Assembly (NCBI GenBank): GCA_002269645.1 | Contig: NIVC01000127.1 | Coordinates: forward strand, 248,001-312,000 | Direction: 5' to 3' | Length of the DNA stretch: 64,000 nt | Source of the DNA: Macrostomum lignano | Taxonomy: Eukaryota | In this document: one piece after another, positions 1 through 10,237 of the stretch | Layout of the letters: each line of letters begins with the position of its first letter | Position numbering within the stretch: the stretch's first letter is position 1 | Program-made: the position numbers and the translations under genes | Notes under the pieces: generated by a model | Seen by the model: only the letters and a program-made list of their open reading frames with translations | The model's database searches: none | Told to the model about the DNA's origin: nothing

Positions 1-193
1 TGTGCATGAACCGTGAACGTGGAAGATTGAAAACGGAATGAGGCCGGTTTTCCAGCGAATCCCCCAATGACTCAGCCAACACCACCCCAACGCCCCAATG
101 TCAAGCCAGCGCACTGCATGAGCCAATAAGCGGCCAGGCGGCCTTAAAACCGGTTTCGGGAAATCCCCTGCCAGCCCCTGCATTTCTACAGTG

Positions 194-203
194 TATATAA
201 AAG
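194..203 (+). promoter_or_regulatory. TATA box (with upstream CCAAT at 123-127) of the glutamine synthetase gene
   Basis: TATATAAAAG lies about 110 nt upstream of the GS ATG at 311; AGCCAATAAG at 121-130. Confidence 0.5.
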
Positions 204-310
204 CAAAAGCATAAGTAGAAAACCCGCAAATCTGATCATAGGCCCGGACTTTGCTGCAACTGAACGTTTGAAGTTGATATCTTTCACCAAAAACAGGCCA
301 GACCATAGAC

Positions 311-3300
311 ATGCTGGGCATTACGCAGACAACGAATAAAACTACTCTTCTGGTGAGTCGCGATAGGTTTTATCGAACCATATTACTAACATGGACGTTG
401 TTAGACAGCTAATAATACTTTTTAACTAATTCTAACAACAGAGGTACTTGGCGCTGCCACAGCCGGAGGACAAGGTCCAGTGCATGTACATCTGGATTGA
501 CGGTACCGGAGAGAATTTGAGAGCAAAAACGCGCACAGTTGATTTTGTACCGAAACAGGCGACAGGTGAGCAAAATCAAAAATGGAGTTCTCGTCTTTGT
601 TTTTAGTTCAAAATTCTGGCCGAACTTTAATGAAATTACAGGCATGACCCCGAGCTCCATTAAGCTGCGCCATTTCCACTTCAATTTTATTGCGACCACT
701 TTTCCCAGGGGGGTCAGCTGACCCCGTTTGACACCCCTGACGGCTGGCTCCGCCATTGAGTAAAGTTCTGCTCTCCCTTCCATCTTGCCGCATAAAAAAA
801 ACAGTTCAATTCTTTTTTTCTGAAAATTTTCAAGAGAATCTCAATTCTCGAATCTCTGAATTTCTCAGGGGGTCAGGTGACCTTTTTTGACCCCTAAAAT
901 CTGCCGTTGCCTTGATAATTATCTTTATTCGTAGATCATGGGGTAAATTTTTCGTCTCCTATGTGGTTGCTTGTCATTTTTTGTATCTTATAGAGTGCAA
1001 GGTACTGACTGATTATAATCTTGATTAAGTGAACTTTGCGATAATGAAAACAATTTTCCTTCACAAACATTCTCTGTGAAAATTTTAGCCTGTACTCCTT
1101 TGCATTTCGGTTGAATTAAAACTGAATTATCACTGCACGGGTCGCTTGCGTGCTCCACAGCTGACTGGCTATGTACATTGTCAATGTACGGGGCCTCGTG
1201 TCAGTTAATACAAGGGAAAGAAAGGGTTGACTGGGACTGACTTCGGGCTGAAGTGGCAGGCCCCCACCCCCTCCCTAGCGGACTTGTACAGTAAGTAGCG
1301 ATAAGTAGCGATGAGAAAGCCCTCCTGAGGGGCGGGGGTGAAATAGCTCGGGTTTCCTAACTGTCACGCGTTGTCCGCGTGACCAACAAAATTACCGGAC
1401 TAAGCTGGTTCCACCCCGTGCGAGCCCCGTCAAGGCGAGGCGACCTGCCTTTTCAAAATCTTGATTCCTATGGCATGGGTCTATTTATTTCTAAGATACA
1501 CTCAGCAATATGAAAAAATTCCACCCAGGATCATCAGTGTCCACTTTTTCTAAGATCTCGGTCCAACGTCCAATTGTGACGAAATTCACACCACGACTGC
1601 CGGTGCTTGTCTCGACTGAATGCAAATTGCGTCACCACTCTCACCAGGCCCTAGCTTAGGCTGGTGAGGAGGGGTATGGGATTTACGAATCCCATCTCGT
1701 ATGAGAAGTTATGGTTAGAGTTGGACTTAAGTTGCAAGTTGTTGACAACTGCATGGTTTCGTGGTATGATTAAAGACCTCATTCTCAGCATGCAGCATAG
1801 GGGTGGTGACAGAACTACTTTAAGCAGTCCCTACCTTCAAAACTCCTTGGCCGTAGTTTGGATTAGAACAGTGGGACCTTGCTATCGGACCACAACCCAA
1901 GCTACCAATTCTCCATCTAGGGCGGGTGCCCCTGAGAGGGTGATGGCTGATCCCCATGTCTGATCTGAGCTAGCAGAAGTGCCTGGCAAGACTTTTAGAC
2001 AATGTTCGTACTATGCTACTGATAGTAAGGAGAGTTGAAAAGCTAGAGGAATAGTAATCACAAATATGACGCCAATGAACTAACTTAACTGTTTTGACAA
2101 TTGTACTCCTCTTTTGTGAGTCTGGCGTCATTGGTTCCCATTTTTGTGAGGCTGAATCCTACTTTCTCTCCCTTGACACCTATTTTAATACCTTTGACAC
2201 CTAGTTTGTCTCCCCTGACACTCACTTTGTCGCTTAACGTCACTGCTAACTACCTTGGTCGTACGTTGTGCAGCTTCAGCCCCCATAAAGAATAAAAAAA
2301 GTTGCATAACTCCCCCCCGCAGAGCTGCCAATCTGGAACTTCGATGGCTCCAGTACCGGGCAGGCGGAGGGCCACAACTCCGATGTCATGATCCACCCGG
2401 TGGCCCTGTTCAAGGACCCGTTTCGCGGCAACAACAATAAGCTGGTGCTGTGCGAAACCTACCGCCACGATGGCGCGGTGCATCCTAGTAACAAGCGCAA
2501 CTCCTGCAACCAGGTGATGCAGAAAGCCAAAGGTTTCGAGCCCTGGTTCGGCATTGAGCAGGAGTACACTCTGCTGGACACGGACCTGCACCCCTTCGGC
2601 TGGCCTAAGAACGGCTTCCCCGGGCCGCAGGGTCCCTACTACACTGGGGTGGGCGCCAACAATGTCCACGGTCGCGACATTGTGGAGTCGCACTACCGGG
2701 CTTGTCTGTACTCGGAGATCAAAATCTCCGGCGAGAACGCTGAGGTCATGCCGGCGCAGTGGGAGTTCCAGGTGAGGTTGCCGCCACTCTTTCACAATGG
2801 TTTAGTCGCTGCTGGAAGAAACAGTAGTCATGTGACTCCTTTTAACCAATAGCGACTTACATGTGTGTGTGTGCAAGAGAGAACGCCGCGCCAGGCACTA
2901 TCGAGACTGCAATGACTCATCGAAGTGCCAATGGACGCAATTACTAATAATTTTAATGAAATTTCACTCTGTGCCAAAAAAGTTGTCTTCCGATTATAAA
3001 AGCCAAACATACTGCTTTCAGTAGGGAGAATGACGCTGTACAATGCAAGCGTTCTCGCTTCTATTTTCAGGTTGGCCCGTGCGAAGGCATCAGCATGGGC
3101 GATCACCTGTGGGTGGCCAGGTTCCTGTTGCACCGGGTGGCCGAAGACTTCGGCGTTGTGGTCTCCTTCGACCCCAAGCCGATGCCGGGCGACTGGAATG
3201 GCGCCGGCGCCCATGCCAACTACAGCACCAAGGAGATGCGCGCGCCAGGCGGCATGAAGGCCATGGTGGAGGCCATCGAGAGGCTGGGCAAGCGGCACGC

Positions 3301-3916
3301 CGCCCACATCAGGGCCTACGATCCCAACGGCGGAAACGACAACCGAAGGCGGCTCACTGGCCGGCACGAGACATCAAGCATCGATAAGTTTAGCTATGGT
3401 GAGCTCGCTTAGGGCCAGGTGGGGCACTAACAGGTGCCTTAAAGCTTGCCCCTGAGATTAAAGCGATAGAATGTTATTTAGTTAGTTCACTGGATGTGAA
3501 CAGCCGATCCAGCAGCCAGGGACGGTGCATTAGTGCGGCGGAGTGCAGAATCGACCCGTGGAACCGTCGAGTGGGGGACTCTAGCGATAGAGAGTCGGAC
3601 GACGCGTTCTAGCGCTAAGCTGCTCTGCCCTAAGCAGCCAAATCATCAATGTGTCATTCCAAATCCAGTGGAATGGGCAGCATTGCCTCAGCGCCAGGGT
3701 GCCCCGCAGCATTGCTGATTATATTTTTAATAACTCTACCTAAATTCGCGCCCCTCCGCAGGCGTGGCCCACCGAGGCTCGTCCATCCGCATCCCGCGTC
3801 AGTGCAGCGACGACGGCTGCGGCTACATCGAGGACCGGCGGCCTTCGTCCAACTGCGACCCGTACTCGGTCACCGAGATGCTGGTCCGCACCACCTGTTT
3901 GAATGAGACCGACTAA
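311..3916 (+). CDS. GLUL: Glutamine synthetase (type II), 5 coding exons
   Basis: join(311..352,442..565,2323..2771,3071..3398,3762..3916), all GT-AG and phase-compatible. Translation includes [76 protein letters not shown] and [15 protein letters not shown], all canonical GS II motifs. Confidence 0.97.
700..912 (-). mobile_element. Short degenerate non-autonomous element(s) in GS intron 2
   Basis: Two related GC-rich motifs (ggggtcagctgaccccgtttgacacccc near 708-738 and ggggtcaggtgaccttttttgacccc near 868-895) in AT-rich intron; no coding capacity. Confidence 0.35.
1255..1453 (+). other. GC-rich, highly self-complementary island (possible SINE, retroelement 5' UTR or structured RNA)
   Basis: GGCAGG 1255-1260 can pair with CCTGCC 1444-1449, followed by TTTT; CCCCCACCCC 1261-1270 with GGGGCGGGGG 1329-1338; perfect hairpin GTCACGCG-ttgtc-CGCGTGAC 1363-1383. 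Confidence 0.35.
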
Positions 3917-4289
3917 TTCTCCAAAAGTGATCTTACCGTAATCAACTGTTTAGTATAGAAGCGCTGACTGCCCTGCCCAGGCCTGCTTGTTATTATTAAA
4001 AGTACATCTGCGTCAGGTATGCACCGAGCTTTGGGTCATATCATACGTGTTCTTATTATCTATGAGTACTAATCTGTCCTATCAGAATCCCAATGCCAGT
4101 TATAATCAATTCCTCAACATTAAAGTTTTAACTTCACCCCGATGACTAACATTTCGCTTATCATTAACCTGAGGTAGTTGCTTAGAGTTATAACAAAATA
4201 TTTTACAAATTTACCCTCTGTCAAGACTTTTTCGTATCTTTGCGCTGTGTCTGTCTCTCATGTAATTTGCATAAACTTTTCTTCATTGT

Positions 4290-6708
4290 TTAACTTTTAA
4301 CCCAAACAGTCATGTAGTCTTTAAAATGATTATATTTCAATATTTCCGTACAAGATATTTTTGCTTCCAATTAAATAAATAATTACCCTCCAGACTAAGT
4401 ACAAACTCGTTCAGTGCCGTGTCGTTTCGGACTACAAAATCCTTCAGACTCTGACCCAGGCCACTCAGAACAGATTCAGACCCTGACACAGATCTCTGAG
4501 ACCCTGAAACTCTGCCCTGAGACCCTGTTGTAGATCTCTGAGACCCTGACACAGATCTCTGAGACCCTGACACAGATTTCTGAGACCCTGACAGATCTCT
4601 GAGACCCTGACACAGATCTCTGAGACCCTGACACAGATCTCTGAGACCCTGACACAGATCTCTGAGACCCTGACACAGATCTCTGAGACCCTGACACAGA
4701 TTTCTGAGACCCTGACACAGATCTCTGAGACCCTGACAGATCTCTGAGACCCTGACACAGATCTCTGAGACCCTGACACAGATCTCTGAGACCCTGACAC
4801 AGATCTCTGAGACCCTGACACAGATCTCTGAAACCCTGTTGTAGATCTCTGAGACCCTGACACAGATCTCCGAGACCCTGTTGTAGATCTCTGAGACCCT
4901 GACACAGATCTCTGAGACCCTGACACAGATCTCTGAGACCCTGACACAGATCTCTGAGACCCTGACACAGATCTCTGAGACCCTGACACAGATCTCTGAG
5001 ACCCTGTTGTAGATCTCTGAGACCCTGACACAGATCTCTGAGACCCTGTTGTAGATCTCTGAGACCCTGACACAGATCACTGAGAATCTGACACAGATCT
5101 CTGGGAACCTGACACAGATCTCTGAGACCCTGACACAGATCTCTGAGACCCTGACACAGATCTCTGAGACCCTGACACAGATCTCTGAGACCCTGACACA
5201 GATCTCTGAGACCCTGTTGTAGATCTCTGAGACCCTGACACAGATCTCTGAGACCCTGTTGTAGATCTCTGAGACCCTGACACAGATCACTGAGAATCTG
5301 ACACAGATCTCTGGGAACCTGACACAGATCTCTGAGACCCTGACACAGATCTCTGAGACCCTGACACAGATCTCTGAGACCCTGACACAGATCCCTGAGA
5401 CCCTGTTGTAGATCTCTGAGACCCTGGCACAGATCACTGAGAATCTGACACAGATCTCTGGGAACCTGACACAGATCTCTGAGAACCTGACACAGATCTC
5501 TGAGAACCTGACACAGATCTCTGAGAACCTGACACAGATCCCTGAGAACTTGACGCAGATCCCTGAGAACCTGACACAGATCCATGTGGTCCTAACACAG
5601 ATCTCTAAGACCCTGACACAGATCTCTGAGACCCTGACACAGATCTCTGAGACCCTGACACAGATTTCTGAGACCCTGACACAGATCTCTGAGACCCTGA
5701 CACAGATCTCTGAGACCCTGACACAGATCTCTGAGACCCTGTTGTAGATCTCTGAGACCCTGACACAGATCTCTGAGACCCTGTTGTAGATCTCTGAGAC
5801 CCTGACACAGATCTCTAAGACCCTGACACAGATCTCTAAGACCCTGACACAGATCTCTGAGACCCTGACACAGATCTCTGAGACCCTGACACAGATCTCT
5901 GAGACCCTGACACAGATCTCTGAGACCCTGACACAAATCTCTGAGACCCTGACACAGATCTCTGAGACCCTGACACAGATCTCTGAGACCCTGACACAGA
6001 CCCCTGTGTGGTCCTGAACCCACATTCCATTCATACCAAATAACTTTATGCTTCATTTCGAAGCTGTCGATACAATACAGCTACCAGTTCACAGAAATTC
6101 AAGCGATAGCTACAACTGCACACTTTGACAGTAGTAAATTATGGAAATTTTGCAACAGCATACGCAGTAAAAGAACAACCGGATTGAATTCGGAATTCCC
6201 AGCGCACCGGACACAAATCAGTTTCGACCAATTGGGCTGCCAGCTACACCTGCTGAAATTCAAGTCGTGACGACAGGTGTAGATTGATTAATAGCTTGCT
6301 TTTAGAAGCAGCAAGCCGGAGATCTGTGGTGCAGAACTGGGTCGTTTATCATCTCGGAAGGTTCCGGTTAGTCAAAACCATGAACTACCAGCTGCATACC
6401 TGATACCTGATTATTAAACTTCTTGCCGACTCGTCTTCATGCATCCACTTATAGTGTTGACTGGAATTGATGGCCACGGCAATTAATAATAAGATGTGGC
6501 ACAGACAAACTGGATTGATGATGCACAGTTTTTTTCTCCTGTGGATTAAATGCTGGCACGGAGTTCTTATCGCCGCCGAGTACAACAGCAGTAGCTTTAA
6601 TTCGGTTGTCTTAGAAATGACCTGGAGGCCAGTAAGTAATTCGGATATTTGTTCTTTTGCTGTTGCATTTTGTATTCTTTCTAGAGAATACTGGTTATAC
6701 TGGAGCAT
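4290..6708 (-). CDS. Putative spliced gene of unknown function (3' exons only; speculative)
   Basis: Phase-compatible chain complement(join(4290..4318,4387..4463,6037..6080,6250..6336,6400..6708)) reads ...RYQ-FCTTDLRLAASKSKLLINLHLSSRLEFQQ-LYCIDSFEMKHKVI-CGLGQSLKDFVVRNDTALNEFVLSLE-DYMTVWVKS*. No recognisable homology; one acceptor is an unusual GAG and one donor is GTGTAG. Confidence 0.25.
4478..6003. repeat. 21-bp minisatellite
   Basis: Unit gagaccctgacacagatctct with 19-bp deletion variants and gttgtagatc variants. Confidence 0.95.
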
Positions 6709-6789
6709 ATATTAAAGGCACTAGCGACACGACAAATATCCAGCCTCCGGCATGTCGCTCTTCTGTCTTGTTGTCTGAATCTCTGTCTA

Positions 6790-7320
6790 AGTGTCTTAGT
6801 TTCTCAGTCTCTCAGTCTGTTAGTGTCCTAATTAGCGCCCTTCTTAGTGTCTTATTGTCTTAGTGCCTAGTGTCTTAGTGTCTTAGTGTCTTAGTGCCTA
6901 TTGTCTCACTATTCTAGTGTCTTAGTATCTGTCCTAATGTCTTAGTGTCTTAGCGTCATAGTGCCTTAGTGCCTTAGTGTTTTTTTTTCTTAGTGTCTTA
7001 GTGTCTTAGTATTCTAGTGTCTCAGTATCTGTCTTAGTGTCTTAGTGCCTTAATTCCTTAGTGTCTAATAAGTGCCTTGTCTTAGCGTCTTGTGTCCTAG
7101 TGCCTTAGTGTCTTAGTGTCTTGCGTCCTAGTGACTTAGAGCCTTAGTATCTTAGTGCCTTTAGTAGTGTTTTAGTGTCTTAGTGCCTTAGGGTCCTAGT
7201 GTCTAGTATCTGTCTTAGTGTCTTAGTGTCTTAGTTCCTTAGTGTCTTAGTGCCTTAGAGCCTTAGTGTCTTAGTTATATCTTAGGGCCTGTCTGTCTGT
7301 GTTAAGTGTCCGTATTAGTG
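6790..7320. repeat. Degenerate 8-bp tandem repeat
   Basis: Unit tagtgtct / tagtgcct. Confidence 0.9.
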
Positions 7321-7704
7321 TCTTTTAGACATCTGTCTTCCGACAGTCCGTCACAATGATTCAGCAAAAATCATTTGAGAGTAGAAGGCATTACCGTTAA
7401 ACATAAGCGTTTAAAACAAATTAAAAGAAAAAACCTGTGTTATTAGTATGGCCAGAGCAGGCAAATGAGGTCTAGCAGTTTTATATGAGGTTAAATAAAG
7501 TAATTGCTTAATCCGCAATTTCACTGCACATTGATGACGTTTGCCAGAATGGCTAGCTCTAAGCAGCTTTGGATCAGAAGGCTAACTTTTTTCGAAAACT
7601 AAAACCATTCAATAGAGTGCAATAAATACTAACAAAACCTTTAAATTTTTACATCAACAGTACAGCGTAGCATAATGTAATAATGTATTGATTCCTCACT
7701 TTCG

Positions 7705-8175
7705 CCCGGCCATATGACTATAGAAATCCTATTTTAGTCCAGCGCAATAAAACTCCAAATAAATGCGTTTCTGCAGTCTATGGCCGGGCCTAATAAGGTA
7801 ATAAATACGATTCTGTAGTCTATGGCTGAACCCAATTCGGGAATAAATACGTTTTTTTGTAGTCTATGGTCGGGGCCAATAGGGGAATAAATACGAATCT
7901 GTTGTCTATGGCCTGGCCCAACATGGGAATAAATAAGGTTCTGTTGTCTATGGCCGGGCCAAATTGGAGAATAAATAAGATTCTGTTGTCTATGGCCGGG
8001 CCAAATTGGAGAATAAATAAGATTCTGTTGTCTATGGCCGGGCCAAATTGGGGAATAAATACGATTCTGTTGTCTATGGCCGGGCCGAATTGGACATCTC
8101 CCCAAATTTATTCCCCAATTTGGATATTCCCCAATTTGGGGAATAAATACGTTTTTTTGTAGTCTATGGTGGGGC
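7705..8175. repeat. About 42-bp tandem repeat, with an inverted partial copy at the left edge (MITE-like)
   Basis: Unit gtctatggccgggccaaattggagaataaataagattctgtt; cccggccatatgacta near 7705-7720 is an imperfect reverse complement of tagtctatggccggg. Confidence 0.8.
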
Positions 8176-8609
8176 CCCAAAAGTAAAAATCTTTTCAGCA
8201 GCTAAGCAGATTCAAGTTTCTTATAGTGCAATGCATAATTAATAAAAACAGTCAATACAACCTGCGCTTTACAGCGATTCCCTCCCTTTACTGAATACTG
8301 GGCGCTGGGGTCCAGCTATGAAGCAAATACAAAGTTGTTAGGGTCTAAAAGAAACGAGAAAAAGGATTTTTATATGCGTCTCTACATAGCACGTAAAAAA
8401 ATAAGCATTTATCTGGGACAACATGACAAAACCATTACTCTTAATTTGTTTTAAATGACATGAAATTAAACAAGCTATAGGCTACAGGATGCTTAGATGA
8501 CAATCGTAGATGGGGTGCATGTCATGAGAGTAACAAGAAGTCACTTTTAGATAATTTGAGAAAATAAGCAAAATTTGTTTTCAGATGGCATGAGAAAACA
8601 ATAAATAAG

Positions 8610-10085
8610 TTTTTTGATGACGTCAGAATATCAAGAAATGAGTTTTGGATGAGGTCAGAAAAACACAAAAAATGAGTTTTGGATGCCGTCAGAATGACAA
8701 GAAATGAGTTTTGGATGACGTCAGAATAACAATAAATGAGTTTTAGATGAGGTCAGAATGACAAGAAATGAGTTTTGGATGAGATCAGAATGACAAGAAA
8801 TGAGTTTTGGATGACGTCAGAATGACAAGAAATGAGTTTTGGATGAGGTCAGAATAACAAGAAATGAGTTTTGGATGAGGTCAGAATAACAAGAAATGAG
8901 TTTTGGATGAGGTCAGAATGACAAGAAATGAGTTTTGGATGAGGTCAGAATGACAAGAAATGAGTTTTAGATGAGATCAGAAGGACAAGAAATGAGTTTT
9001 GGATGAGGTCAGAATGACAAGAAATGAGTTTTGGATGACGTCAGAATGACAAGAAATGAGTTTTGGATGAGGTCAGAATGACAAAAAAAGAGTTTTGGAT
9101 GACGTCAGAATAACAAGAAATGAGTTTTAGATGACGTCAGAATGACAAGAAATGAGTTTTGGATGACGTCAGAATGACAAGAAATGAGTTTTGAATGAGG
9201 TCAGAATAACAAGAAATGAGTTTTGGATGAGGTCAGAATAACAATAAATGAGTTTTGGATGAGGTCAGAATGACAAGAAATGAGTTTTGGATGAGGTCAG
9301 AATGACAAGAAATGAGTTTTAGATGAGATCAGAAGGACAAGAAATGAGTTTTGGATGAGGTCAGAATGACAAGAAATGAGTTTTGGATGACGTCAGAATG
9401 ACAAGAAATGAGTTTTGGATGAGGTCAGAATGACAAAAAAAGAGTTTTGGATGACGTCAGAATAACAAGAAATGAGTTTTAGATGACGTCAGAATGACAA
9501 GAAATGAGTTTTGGATGACGTCAGAATGACAAGAAATGAGTTTTGGATGAGGTCAGAATGACAAAAAAAGAGTTTTGGATGACGTCAGAATAACAAGAAA
9601 TGAGTTTTAGATGACGTCAGAATGACAAGAAATGAGTTTTGGATGACGTCAGAATGACAAGAAATGAGTTTTGGATGAGGTCAGAATAACAAGAAATGAG
9701 TTTTGGATGAGGTCAGAATAACAAGAAATGAGTTTTAGATGAGGTCAGAATGACAAGAAATGAGTTTTGGATGAGGTCAGAATAACAAGAAATGAGTTTT
9801 AGATGAGGTCGGAATGACAAGAAATGAGTTTTAGATGAGATCAGAAGGACAAGAAATGAGTTTTGGATGAGGTCAGAATAACAAGAAACGAGTTTTAGAT
9901 GAGGTCAGAATGACAAGAAATGAGTTTTGGATGAGATCAGAATGACAAGAAATGAGTTTTGGATGAGATCAGAATGACAAGAAATGAGTTTTGGATGACG
10001 TCAGAAAGACAAGAAATGAGTTTTGGATGACGTCAGAATGACAAGAAATGACTTTTTGATGATGTGAGCAAAGAAGAAATGAGTT
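8610..10085. repeat. 32-bp minisatellite with higher-order structure
   Basis: Unit agaatgacaagaaatgagttttggatgaggtc; diagnostic variants recur at 352-bp (11-unit) spacing. Confidence 0.95.
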
Positions 10086-10237
10086 TTAAAACCATGAGTT
10101 CGGAGAGCATGAGAAACAAGCAGACAGTTGACGTTGATTCGCACACTAATAAGCACATTAATATCCTCTTGTTAAAAAAATGACAAAAAACTGCCTCCTT
10201 AGAGACGGCTTGTCACTCGGAGACCCGCCCAAGTCAG

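Noticed and set aside
1200-2000. Hammerhead ribozyme in GS intron 2
   Set aside because: No CUGANGA...GAAA core with proper stems was found on either strand by eye.
4337-6056. 565-aa, 369-aa and other long ORFs (RVSEICV / QGLRDLC / SGSQRSV repeats)
   Set aside because: Translations of a 21-bp array; 19-bp variants shift the frame freely, so there is no coding constraint.
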